Below are positions 41,399-54,942 of a stretch of 64,000 bases of DNA, in pieces. The notes below the pieces were generated by a model. That model saw nothing but the letters and a program-made list of their open reading frames with translations, made no database searches and was not told the origin of the DNA. This stretch comes from Eledone cirrhosa. Its lineage: Eukaryota. The stretch is taken from positions 211,358,001 to 211,422,000 of the forward strand of contig OZ024741.1 in NCBI GenBank assembly GCA_964016885.1, written 5' to 3'. Position 1 is the first letter of the stretch; the number at the start of each line of letters is the position of its first letter. A program made the translations under genes and the position numbers.

Positions 41399-41496
41399 TA
41401 TCAGATGTATATATATAATCATAATATATATACATCTACATCTATATCTATATATATGTGTGTGTGTACATACATACATATATATGTGTCTATATA

Positions 41497-41606
<110 letters not shown>

Positions 41607-42567
41607 TATATATATGAAATATGAAGAATTATATTATTGGTTTCAGGCATATATGTATGTATGTATATATGTATGTATATATGTATGTATATATATATAT
41701 GTATATATGTATGTAGGTGTTGGTTTTAGAAAATAAATGCAAATTTATGCTCCCGGAAATGAAGAAGAAGAAAACAACAACCAAAATAGAGTAAATAAAA
41801 TAAAATAATATAATATATAATATAGAGAGAAACATTTGTATAATTTACTGGAATGATAAATGAAGTTAGAAATCAGTTTGCCTGTATCTAGATACCCGAA
41901 ACCTTGAAATTTGGCTTCTGGTACTTGCTAGGTTTCCTATATGAAAATTGACATATATTAAAATAAAACTTGTTATATTATGATGCATTGCTATTTTAAT
42001 GTAATAAAACTGAAATATCTGTTTTCTATAAGCTGCTATCATGTTTTCGTTTCCAATAGAACGGTCGCTATGATTTAATCTATATAAATATATATATATA
42101 TTATGTAGAAAGAAAAAAAAATGAAATATGTCTATATGACAAACGGCAGCCATTTTCCTTTCTACATTTTATAAGAATTACGTGAACTATTAAATGTTTA
42201 TTGTCGTCCGCATCAACGTATTCTGTCGTTCAAAATACACGTTTGACTTGAGAGAAAAACTATTTTCAAACCTCCAAATATGACAAATAAATCCTGATGT
42301 CATTCATACATCTTATTATCTCAGCAAATGATTTTACTACAATATATATATATATATATATGAGTCCCGGGTTTAATCGAGAGTAACCATAGTATTAAAT
42401 ACGTTAAATACGTTAGTAGAGTATAAACATTATGTTTAATATAGATATGGCGTCTCCAGGACTAGAGCTGTTTCATTCAAAAGAAATCACCAGAATGAAA
42501 CAGTTCTAGTCCCGTAGAAGACATTTCTATTAATATTTCAAACATGATATATATATATATATATATA

Positions 42568-43250
42568 TAAATCAAGAAAGAAGAGTGACACGGTTTGCTA
42601 TACAAAAAAGGTTTTTAATCACTTTGCCGACAATTGTTTCTCTGAACTGGTAGGTCTAGAGATCGCTACCCGCCTGTTTTCGCGTCAATCGATCACCAAT
42701 ACATAGTTGTAAACAGTCAATTCATCAGAGCTAGCGAGAATGACGGGAATACACAGGCATAGCTTCTATATATAGTAGTAGCATTCAATCAGAACAATAC
42801 TAACAGTGCTAGCAATAAATTATTTGAAATAATCACAACATAAATCTAAGTAAGACATAGAGTATACTTAAGACTTTAGCATGTAAAACGAGCTGATATG
42901 AGGCAGATTTATGAAATTGACATGTAAAAGCTGTCATGGGGTGTATTATATATTGTGTATAGATAAGCCGGGGCTTTAAACAATGTACCATTTCCTTTAT
43001 CGTAGGTTTGGTGACCGTAAGAATTATTTATTATCTGACAGATAAAATATTTATCATTGTAGTGAGGATAGTAATTGTTGTGGTGTGAAGTGGATTCAAT
43101 ATTTATGTGGTCTATATTAGATGAAGGGATTGTTAGTTCGAATCCTGGAGTTGTTTAGCTTTCACATCATCAATAACATACAAGTATAAGATAACATTAA
43201 CAGAGTAGCAATATAATAGGTAAGTTAATACAGAAGTTAAGGAGGCAATA
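42568..43250 (-). mobile_element. Second copy of the 33.1-33.9 kb hammerhead element
   Basis: Colinear reverse-complement similarity; hammerhead at 42626-42731 (GCU-CUGAUGA...GAAA-CAAUUG-UC/GGC); flanked by (TA)n. Confidence 0.8.
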
Positions 43251-43309
43251 TATATATATAGAAAGAGAAAACATGCTGACTACAATTATAACAACAGGAG
43301 CAAGGTGAT

Positions 43310-43372
<63 letters not shown>

Positions 43373-43463
43373 TAGTAATAAATTTGAAGACTAAAATCCA
43401 AAGAGGGCTCGATAAGGATAAATATATATCAAATATATAAGAACCGTAGAGCTGTTTTTTAAA

Positions 43464-43545
<82 letters not shown>

Positions 43546-43869
43546 AAAGTACATATTAAGTTAAAAACTCACAATAGTCCTCTTTAATCAAAATACCTCA
43601 ATGAAAACATTCCCAAGTCTTATACTACAGTAAAGAGAGACGAACACGGATATAGCTATATCTGTTCAAATTACAAGGGATAGAAACTTCCAGGGTGAAG
43701 AAAATACTGATTAGAATAGTATGGTTTACAGAACTCAATCAAAAGGATAAATCCAGATATACCTACCATGACAACTATCATGTATGTAGACAGCTTACGG
43801 GTAGAACCGTTTCGCAAAATTCAGTGAAGAGATTTCAACGGATACTCACCACCAATAATCCCCTCACTA

Positions 43870-44350
43870 CTACATTTCTATGGTTGGGATATTTAGTTGG
43901 GAAGTCTATTATAAGTTTAATACACCGGTGGAGGTGTTAGCTATCTGCTGGATGCTTTCCATGGTGTTCTCTAACTCCTGATTGTTCTCGTCAGGGTTAT
44001 AAACTTGTCGTCTAATTGTGCCTAAAGTCTTCTGTCCCACCATACCATATAGAGGTTAGCTATGTCACCTGCAATGCTAACGCCAATGGCTCCCCTCCCT
44101 TTTGGGGATAAGTTTTTCCATTAAACTTGAACATATGTTCTTTAACGGTTACTTTTATACTGGCTCCCACCGCATGTGTGATCATTTTCTTTAATTCATC
44201 ATGGTTTTCGGACCCTCGACATTGTACTGCACAAATACGATAACAATGATGGGGGGATGTTAATTTGCAGTTCTTTATTGGTCCCTAAATTTCACATTAT
44301 CTCCTGCCGTATCTCCCGAGCAATTACGTTAAGGATATGAATAGCTGTGG
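43870..44350 (-). pseudogene. Penelope-like RT remnant, distinct from the 53-58 kb element
   Basis: EHMFKFNGKTYPQKG/GAIGVSIAGDIANLYMVWWDRR and TMESIQQIAN..IKLIIDFPTKYP read across frameshifts. Confidence 0.65.
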
Positions 44351-44369
44351 AATGATCAGCCATTTACAA

Positions 44370-44562
44370 ATAATTGTTTCTACTTTTGGCACAAGGCCAG
44401 CAATTATCCAGTGTATTGCTGGTACTTCATTTTATCGACACCGTAAGGATGAAAGGCAAAGTTAACCTTGGCGGGATTTGAACTCAAACCATAAAGGGCC
44501 GTAACTCTTTGCTGCAAAGCATGGCGTTCGACCCTCTACCGATACTGCCAATCCACCACCCT
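44370..44562 (-). mobile_element. tRNA-derived SINE
   Basis: Near-consensus reverse copy. Confidence 0.9.
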
Positions 44563-44944
44563 TAAAAATAATGATCTGTGTCTGTAATTCAAAGAATCAG
44601 CCTTGTTATACTCGGTGTCACGCTGAATGTCCATAAGAACAACGATATGGGTGCCCGTGTCTGTGGAATGCTCAGACCTTTACATGTTAAATTCATGACC
44701 AAAATGTTCCGTTGATCGAACAACTGGAATAATCATTGTCAATACTGATGGAGGTGAAACACATGGCGATAAATCAATATTACGGCTTCGATGATCTATT
44801 GGCATTATGAAAGATTTATTGACAATCATACAAAACAGGAAATATGAGATTGCTAGTTAAAAGCTAAAATGTCCATTCAACGAGTTACTGTGTTGACTTG
44901 TAATTTCGTTGTCGGTATAATATGGGTGTCTGAAGATGTGTTTC

Positions 44945-45600
44945 TTGGTGGTTAGGTATGTTTAGTACATGGCATTTCTATTGTGAGTTCGATTCCGGGC
45001 AGTACATTGTGCCATCGAGCAATACACTTTATTTCACAATTCTCCCATCAACCCAGCTTAAAAAAAATCAGTTGTGTCTGTGATTTCTGGCGGCACATTG
45101 TGCCATCGAGCAAGACACTTTATTTCACTATTCCACCCAGCTGTAAGAAAGTCAGTTGTGTCTGTGATTTCTGGCGGCACATTGTGCCATCGAGCAAGAC
45201 ACTTTATTTCACTATTCCACCCAGCTGTAAGAAAGTCAGTTGTGTCTGTGATTCCTGGCGGCACATTGTGCCATCGAGCAAGACACTTTATTTCACAATT
45301 CTCCCGTCCACCAAGCTGTAAGAAAATCAATTGCGTCCGTGATTCCTGGCAGCACATTGTGCCATCGAGCAAGACATTTTATTTCACAATTCTCCCGTCC
45401 ACCAAGCTGTAAGAAAATCAATTGTGTCTGTGATTCCTGGTGGCACATTGTGCCATCGAGCAAGACACTTTATTTCACGCTGATCGCGTTCATTCAGTTG
45501 CAAAAAAAAAATTGTATACGTAATTCAAAGGACGAGCTTTCCCACACATTGTGCCAAACTGAATCTCCCTGAACTCTACGTTAAGGGTGCACGTGTCTTT
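44945..45600 (+). repeat. SINE-like element with an internal 84-88-bp segment tandemly amplified about 5-6 times
   Basis: tRNA-like head (GGTGGTTAG..GAGTTCGATTCC) followed by repeats of CACATTGTGCCATCGAGCAAGACACTTTATTTCAC... Confidence 0.7.
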
Positions 45601-46944
45601 GAAATGCAACATTGCCGAATGGTTAAGAGTTATGCTTCGCAATCATTAGGTCCCGCCTCGTGTTCAATTCCATTACATGACATCTTGGGAAAGAGATATT
45701 TCCCCCAGCCCCGGCGTGAAGCTTGCCTTGCGAGTGAATGAGTGAAACTGGGTAGACGGCCGCTGTTTGGAAGACCGTTGGATGGATTGTACCTGTAATT
45801 CAAATAATCAGGTTTGATACACACGGTGTCACTGTGATCCTTCTGAGATTCTCGGTAAAGGTAAACATGTATGTGGAATGCTCAGCCAATTACACCTTAA
45901 TTACGCGATTGTTCCATCCATCAAAAACCTGGAATACTAAGCGCAGAATTACGTTAAAGCTATACGTGTAAGTGCTAAGGTCAGCTCGGTGTATGTTGAT
46001 TTCAGGAGCATGTTGTTCCGTTGGACAAGTAAGACACCCAACGTCGAAACCGAAGGAAGTCCAACATTAACAAGTGGGTAGGTGGCGCTGTTGATATATA
46101 TATTCTCTATAAAGAGGAAGTAGCATCAAGCAGTTTGCAAAAGGCTAATCTAATGAGTCATTTTCTTTCAATTTGAAAGAGATTTGGTGACTATATCAAG
46201 CAAATCGATCGGTCAGATGATTGTTTTATGTTCTTCTGTAGCTGGAAGGACCAGTGAAGTGTTGCAGTCGCTATGTAGTAGGCGTAAGAGCAGGCTTCAT
46301 AATGGCGTTATACATTTTCAAGAGATGCTGCCTTCTTGTTGATTAAAGCTTAAGAGGGTTTTAGAATTGTTTAGCTCCAGGTTAACCCTGATCGAACAAG
46401 ATCTAGGATCAAAGAAAGACATTTCAACAATGAACATATCTTTCTTTTTCTTTTTGTTTTGCAGGCATAGTTTAGAGTCCTAAAGGATTACATTATCTAA
46501 TGAGTCTTTTCTTTACATTTAATAAAACAAAAATGTAGAATATGATTCATTGAAGTTTTGTTTGCTATTTCTAGCAGGTTGAATGACTCACTGTTTGGCT
46601 GGAAGGGTTTTGAGCAAGTGGTTTTTGTATAAGAGTTTGTGGACACGTGGGTCTTGATATATTTGAAGTGTTTCTGCAATAAAGTATGGCGTCTCTGTGT
46701 TAATGTTAAGTATGCGGCAGTATGACAGTTGCTCCTTCAAATATCATAAAACATTCATTTATACTTGTATTCTTTTACAGCTTCTAATCATGATATTGAG
46801 GGCAACCAGAGGGGCTCTGACACGATCTAGCCGATCATGCCAATCGTAGTGAATCATTGCTATTAATATTTTTTAATAAAACCCAAACATAAAGTTCCGT
46901 AATAAAACATTGATCACTTAATCATATTCTGAAATGAAACACTC

Positions 46945-47020
<76 letters not shown>

Positions 47021-47027
47021 ACTCCAA

Positions 47028-47080
<53 letters not shown>

Positions 47081-47086
47081 ACTCCA

Positions 47087-47153
<67 letters not shown>

Positions 47154-47160
47154 TTGGAGT

Positions 47161-47201
<41 letters not shown>

Positions 47202-47459
47202 CCGGACGTGCGATAGATCGTTGGTGAGTTTTTGTAAAATTTTCTATACAAAAACAGAATTTATTGTGTGAAAATTTATATTGTTTGATAGGTTAACACT
47301 CAGGCTGGGTCAGCTGAGTGGTAATCCCAGTTTTCGCCCCTGTGGGGCGAACATTTAATTAAACAAATTATTGAGAAGTTTTAAAATGTTCCTAACTTTA
47401 ACAATGTGTGACTTACAGAGAACGCTATACAGCGAGAAGAGAAGGAAACGTAATATAAA

Positions 47460-50400
47460 GAGTTGTACATCAGCTATTCAAAACAGATGTTGTCTGATGC
47501 GAGACAATTTATAACATTTGAAGAAAAGGGTGGGTTTCAAATAAATTCAACCTTGGAAATTAAACAAGAAACAGTTCGAAGAACGGTAACCTTCAGAACT
47601 GTCTCAAATCAAATAAAATAGCCGGTATTCCTCAGTCAAGGAGAAATTGAAACCCCCTTGAAAGAGGCTCTGCCGGACATTCATTTTATGCAGAGGGCCA
47701 GGTTATTTGGAAGTATTTCGGTACTTTTTAAAAGCGAGACCCTCACACAAAAGCATTCTGTTACGCCAGTCATCACAAAAACAAACATTTTGCCTACCTA
47801 AATGGGAAAAATAACACAAAAAAATAAAATAAATAACATACCACCAAACATCAACATTTGGTGGATCTTAGCAGGGTTCATAGAGCCAGAAAGTGACACA
47901 ATACTTTCGGTCAGGAAGTCGACCAGACAAAAGTGGGCGGGTACCAATTTGGAGATTCTGGTGCAGATGAGGCCGGAGAGAATCCCCAAAATAGCCGAAA
48001 AGTTCCTAGTCGCCAACAACAACTACATTAACATTTCGGTTGAGGGACGAAAACCACATTGCTTTCGTCGCAATAGCACCACACATCTAAAGGCCTCCTG
48101 CCATTTACAAACAGGCTCAACCAAAACAATCCAAAAAAAAACAGTTACCAACACCAATATCCAAACAACTACCACCACCACAACAACACACGAAACAAGC
48201 AAACACACTAAAACAAACAGCCACTCAACCAACAACAGAAAAAAACACAGACAACACCCCTGAAGAACACAGCCCCACCACATCACACTCCATCAAACAC
48301 CACCACAAACACACACATCGAAACACCACCACCACACAACATTCCCCTACCACACACTCCTGACGATGATTATTCAACAACAGATGAGGCTGCTTCTCCT
48401 TCTTTAAGTCAAGAAGGAGAGCCTCGGAAATCCAAAAAAACGAAAAAAGAGACACCACAAGACCAACACCAACACCAACACACAACCACAGACACAAACA
48501 ATAACACAAACAACACGACAGTCAACCATCCACCTACCAGAAAAACCAACACCAACACCAGCCTAAACACAAGCACTCACCATAAAAAGAAAAGTCCCGA
48601 ACGAACAACAAACAATAACAACACAACAAAAACACAAACAACAATACGCATACATCAACACAAACAACAAGAGTTTGATGGAGGTCAGCTTCCCAAGCCT
48701 CAAGGCGGAGACGGAGTGCAACACTGATGTTAAAGCAGAATCATCTCCACACCTTAAACTTATAAGGGTTTCTATGGAGATCTATAGTGACCTGAAGAAT
48801 AAATTTTCGCAGGACATGGGGAACCCCTGCCAGAAACCCATCAACCGCATCCTGTTAAAATGTTTCCACACCCCACCCAACACCCCTCCAGCACCTAAAT
48901 AGAGATTGTACACCCGATCTCCAGGAAACGAAAACGTAAGTGCACCTTTTCGTCCTTTTTCGCCAACTCTTCTCCACCAACATGCCTAGTTTACGAGTTG
49001 GAAGCGTCAATGTGGGTGGCCTGGGGATGCCTTGGAAACAGGGCCGACTTTTAACCAACCTTAGGTCACACGGTATGTATGTGATAGCCATCAGCGAGTC
49101 CAGGATCCACAACAGGCGGCAACTATCCCCCATCTTTAATGACTTTGAGATCTACGCATCTATCTCTCAGCCAGGGAGTGGAGGGGGAGTGGCTGCCATG
49201 TTTCGGAAAGACCTGGACGTCGAAGTACAACAAGTACACTTGGACCCTGAGGGTAGACTGGTAGTCCTAGACGTGAACAGTATTAGCGGTCGAGCCTTCA
49301 GACTGGTGACCGTTTATGCCCCGAGTGGGCAATCGCGGCCAGACTTCTTTAAGCGTTTAGAGTCTTTTCTGGGAACGTCTCGCTCCTTGCTTTTAGTGGG
49401 GGACTGGAATGGTATCCTAGACGCATGTTGGGACTATGTAGGAACATGTCCTAGTAGAGGATGTGCAACAGCCTCAAACATTTAATCGAGCAATTCCAAC
49501 TGGCCGATAGGTATCGACTAGATTTCCCAGTGGACGTGGACAAATCTCAGCGGGATATCTAGATCCTATTTAGATAGGTTCTTCATTAGAGAAAGAGGAA
49601 AATATATGCTGTCCACAAATGTACATGGTTGCCTATTCAGACCACAAACTAGTCACCTGCATAGTCAACTATGATAGAATACATAGACAAGTACTCGGAT
49701 ACTGGAAGCTGAACATGTCGTTACCGACGCGTAAAGCCAACAGTTGACGGGAGCCATCGTCGACAATAGGTGGTGGTACTCTCTTAAGAGAGCAATTAGA
49801 GTAGAGTCGATAGTTTTAGCAAATAACTAGCCTTAGAGAAAAACATGACAGAAAGAGAATTAGTAGCCAAGGTAGAGGAGGCGCTTAGGAGTGGCAACGC
49901 AGCTAGAGTGCTAGCAACGAGAACGGCACTAAACCAGTTCTTCGAAGCGAAACACGAACGCTGCGTGATCAGGAGTAGATAACGTGCTATAGGAAACGAG
50001 GGAGCAAAAGCTGTTAGCAGGGCCCGAGTGGCAAAGGCGAAAAGTGGCAACAAGTCCACGATTCGGTCTTTGAAAGACCAAAACGGACGCGTGCTACTTG
50101 ACCCCAAGCGAATGTGCGCGGCCTTTCAGCGGCACTTGGCAACTGTTCGGGCAGAGTGGCGGTGCGTCGACCGGGGCAATGGACTTCGGTTCATATCTCG
50201 ACGGCCTGCTGCGTCTCTCGAGCATGGATGCCGAGTTCTGCGAAAGACCGATCACAGCCACTGAGATACGCTCTGGTCCGCTGCGGAAACGCAAATTATC
50301 CGGTCTAGATGGTCTACCCTATGAGTTTTACATAGGCATGCCGGACTTGTTCACTGGCGTCCTCGAGGCCGTCTACTGCAACTGGCAGCATAACGGGATA

Positions 50401-52413
50401 ATTCCCAGTTCTGCAGGCATGGACGTAGCAACGCTGATCAGGAGAGACGAGAACAAGGGGGACGAACTAAGCAACTTTAGGCCCATAAATCTGCTCAACA
50501 CAGAGTTAAAGATTTTGGCCAAGGTGTTGGCAACGAGGTTGACGCTTGTCATCGAGAACCTGGTAGGGAAAGCGCAAACGTGTGCAATACATACACGACA
50601 ACCTCCACCTCATGCGATACATCATACAGAGGGTGGGGTGTAAACCCAGATTTAGTTGGGCTCTGATCAATTTAGATCAGTTTAAGGCATTCAATAAGGG
50701 TCGACCATCGATACTTGGAAGCGGTTCTCAAGGCGGTCGGTTTCAGACAGGTCTTCAGAGGCTGGATCGCCGCAATTCACACCACTATCTGCTCAATGGT
50801 CAAGGTGAACGGCTACCTATCGGAGCCGTTCGCTATCACGCGTTCCATCTGACAGGGATGCCCTCTCTCCTCCATACTGTAGGTACTGACTCTAGACCCA
50901 CTACTGCGGAAGCTGGAGCTGCTGCAGGGCATCCCGTTGGAGCCGGGACTGCGGAAAGCGGCGTTGGCTCAAGCCGACAACTTTACGGTAATGGTGTCGG
51001 AAGCGTCCGAAATCGGGGCGATCGGCAACTTACTGCAGGAATACGAAAGGCTCATAGGAGCAAAACTGAACCCGGACAAGTCTGTTTGTTTGCAACTCGG
51101 AAGAGGCAAACCGATGCGATTCGACAGCGTCGTCGGACGCTGGACAGACGGACCGGTGAAATTGCTCGGGGTCTGGTTCGGTCCAGACCTCCATGTGTAG
51201 AAAAACTGCAACGAGGTCACGATCAAGGTATTTGCGCTCACCCAGAAGTGGGCAGAGTGCAAACTATCCTTGAAAGATCGAGCGGAGGTGGCGAACAGTT
51301 TCATAGCGACCGTCATCTACTACCGCTTGACCGTCGTGCCTTGTCCCCGTGAACACCTCACCAAGATGGAACGCATGCTCTTCCAGCTCCTTTGAAAGAA
51401 GCAGGCTCCACTGGTGAGGAAATCCGTATGCTGTCAGCACCCTTCCAACGGAGGGCTGGGCATGCCGCGGCTGATGATGCGCAAGCAAGCGCCGAGGCTA
51501 CGGCATCTAAAGGTATTCCTCATCGACCCCCTATCGATGTGGGCACCGTTTGTGAGACAGGCCTTCTCGCAACATGTCTCGTTGACGGAGCTGCAGTCCT
51601 GGGTCAAGCGAAGACAGAAGAAGATGTGCGCCTGGCACATTGAATGCGCTCAGGCGCTCACAGTCCTCTGTCAAGCTGGCACGGCAATCTGGAGAGACTC
51701 CACTTCGACATTCTATAGACGGCTAGTACGTCACAAGGGCTACGACGTGCTGGGAGAGACTCCAGGCGTCAAAGATGACGAACTCACCAGTCTGTTTCGT
51801 AGGGCTTTCCGCCCAGGACCAATGGATAGCTTCCAGAGGTCTCTGGCCTGGCAGTGCTACCGAGGAGCTCTATCAGTTCGTGACAAGATCTACAGGCACG
51901 GACGCCCCGGCAGGTATCCTTCCAAGAGGACGTGTCCAAGATGCGCGCAGGACATTGAAACCGTCCTGCACGCCAGTGTACATTGCTCGGGTGTAATCGA
52001 TCTGTGGAACTACGCGGAATAACTGCTGTTGCGTATGGGACAAATCCAGTTGACTGCCGAGTCCATAGTAAGGATCAAACCGCCAACTTATTTCAAAAAC
52101 GAAAGAGAGGCGGTTTACCTCTGTATAGTGGCTATGGGGAAAGAGGTTATATGGTGGACGAGATTGAAAGGACTGAGGACAAATGCCTTTCTATCAGGAT
52201 TCATTCCCTTCTTTAGATACCACTTTAGAAGGAGAAGCAGAATGGAGAGAGAGGCACTGCACCCAAGTAACTTTACTGTGGCGCCTCCCCCTATTGGGGA
52301 TTTCGATTGTTAAAATTGTTTTTTTCATATTTTTTTACACGACTGTATGTAAAATCCCCGGCATATCTTTGTTTTGTTCCTATTTTTTGTGCGCCCCTGT
52401 GGCTAATAAAGAA
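47460..52413 (+). mobile_element. Decayed Tx1/L1-clade LINE (copy B) related to copy A
   Basis: ORF1 remnants (TVTFRTVSN, LEILVQMRPERI, VEGRKPHC), APE from 48982, RT (RPINLLNTELKILAKV, QGCPLS; YADD degenerated to QADN), zinc finger; many stops and frameshifts; ends AATAAAGAAA then (TC)n; 5' boundary uncertain. Confidence 0.9.
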
Positions 52414-52429
52414 ATCTCTCTCTCTCTCT

Positions 52430-52532
<103 letters not shown>

Positions 52533-53134
52533 TGCGTGTGTGTGTGTATAGAACTGTATATGCATATATATCTATACACACACATATACACATACAAATA
52601 TATATATATATATATACATACATAGAGTTAGCCAACATTTTATAACACAAATATACGTGTGAGTATGTATGCCTGCATATATGTTCTAGTGAATACAAAC
52701 TATGCTCAAGTCTAAATATTCTTCGTTAAGGATATTTTTATATATATATTCTAGACCACACGTTCACTTCAAAATATTTTTAAAAATCATGTTCACTTAA
52801 AAATAATTTTCAAATAATTAACATATAAATAGAGATGTATATAAAGTGAAATGAAACTGGTAGGCACATATATATGTGTGTGTAGTATATATATTAATGT
52901 GCGCGTTTGTGTACATATATATATCCTCTTATGTAATCACCTATATAACTCACCCACACACACACCCCAAAAACATTTTTTCTTCACACGCTTAAACCCC
53001 ACAAACACGTGCTTTCCAGCCTCCTGATTCCTCTCCCCCCTCTATCCACACACGCACAGACACTCCGACCCCCCCCCCCCCCCACACACCTCTTCCTGAA
53101 CATGCAACCCCGTTCTTCCCCCAACCCTTACTTT

Positions 53135-53165
<31 letters not shown>

Positions 53166-53471
53166 GTACACCTACACACACACACCACCTTCAGCCCTCC
53201 CCGCTCGGACACCCCGTCTCCCTCTCCCCACTCTACCCGCCACCACCCCTACACACCTCACACCCTTCCACCACCTGTTTTACCCCCCTTTTAATTTCAG
53301 TTTATTTTGATCATGCTTTTATATTTAAATTTATTTCATTCCTTGTATTTTGATCATGCTTTATTTTTATTTTTATCTTTATTTTTTTATTTTTCATTCG
53401 CACCGTTTCCTTTCGCTATATGTCTCTCCACCACTCCCCCACACACCCTTTGAACTCTGTTCCCACACACT

Positions 53472-53510
53472 TCTCACCTGAGGAAGGGCTTATGCCCGAA
53501 ACGTCGTCCC
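53472..53510 (+). ncRNA. Minimal PLE hammerhead (5' pLTR)
   Basis: CUGAGGA-A-GGGC-UUAU-GCCC-GAAAC-GUC; typical minimal PLE motif, weak stem I. Confidence 0.72.
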
Positions 53511-53810
53511 CCACCAACACCCCACTCTCCAGAGCGTGAAATTAATAAACATTCGTTGTACTGCCTCTCTGTTTTGTCCCTGTTCAAATTTTTCCATTAT
53601 ATATAATACACGCTCACACGGCTTCCATTCCTTGGAACATAACTTAACTACCGGCTCAACCCCGATCTAATCCGCCGTGACCTTTCTCCTAACTTTACAC
53701 ACCTTCCCACACTTGGTCTTTCCTTCCACGCATTACCTCTGTTTGATTTTGTTACTGTACTTGTTTTTTTCCGTATATGATTCTTTGCCTGTGTTCTTAC
53801 AATTTTATTT

Positions 53811-54782
53811 CTATGATTTTTTGTTCACGATTGCCTGTGTTTTTACCTTTATGATTTTTTGTTCACGATTGCCTGTGTTTTTACCTTTATGATTTTTTTG
53901 TTCACGATTGCCTGTGTTTTTACCTTTATGATTTTTTTGTTCACGATTGCCTGTGTTTTTACCTTTATGATTTTTTGTTCACGATTGCCTGTGTTTTTAC
54001 CTTTATGATTTTTTGTTCACGATTGCCTGTGTTTTTACCTTTATGATTTTTTTGTTCACGATTGCCTGTGTTTTTACCTTTATGATTTTTTGTTCACGAT
54101 TGCCTGTGTTTTTACCTTTATGATTTTTTGTTCACGATTGCCTGTGTTTTTACCTTTATGATTTTTTGTTCACGATCGCCTGTGTTTTTACCTTTATGAT
54201 TTTTTTGTTCACGATTGCCTGTGTTTTTACCTTTATGATTTTTTGTTCACGATCGCCTGTGTTTTTACCTTTATGATTTTTTTGTTCACGATTGCCTGTG
54301 TTTTTACCTTTATGATTTTTTTGTTCACGATTGCCTGTGTTTTTACCTTTATGATTTTTTGTTCACGATTGCCTGTGTTTTTACCTTTATGATTTTTTGT
54401 TCACGATTGCCTGTGTTTTTACCTTTATGATTTTTTGTTCACGATCGCCTGTGTTTTTACCTTTATGATTTTTTTGTTCACGATTGCCTGTGTTTTTACC
54501 TTTATGATTTTTTGTTCACGATTGCCTGTGTTTTTACCTTTATGATTTTTTGTTCACGATTGCCTGTGTTTTTACCTTTATGATTTTTTTGTTCACGATT
54601 GCCTGTGTTTTTACCTTTATGATTTTTTGTTCACGATTGCCTGTGTTTTTACCTTTATGATTTTTTGTTCACGATTGCCTGTGTTTTTACCTTTATGATT
54701 TTTTGTTCACGATCGCCTGTGTTTTTACCTTTATGATTTTTTTGTTCACGATTGCCTGTGTTTTTACCTTTATGATTTTTTG
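53811..54782. repeat. 38/39-bp minisatellite (about 25 units) inside the PLE 5' region
   Basis: Unit ATGATTTTTTGTTCACGATTGCCTGTGTTTTTACCTTT. Confidence 0.95.
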
Positions 54783-54942
54783 TCTTTAATTTTACTGTGT
54801 TTACTCCCCCCTCCCTACGTTTTTATGTTTCATTTTCCCTTCCCCGTCTCTCCCTATCCTTCGCACTCACCCCTTCGTTCACTCCACCCCGCTCCACACC
54901 CCTGCCTTCTCATCCTTCCCCCTGCTTTCACACACGCCCACC

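Noticed and set aside
41866-42153. 95-aa ORF as a PLE endonuclease tail
   Set aside because: No diagnostic motif could be confirmed.
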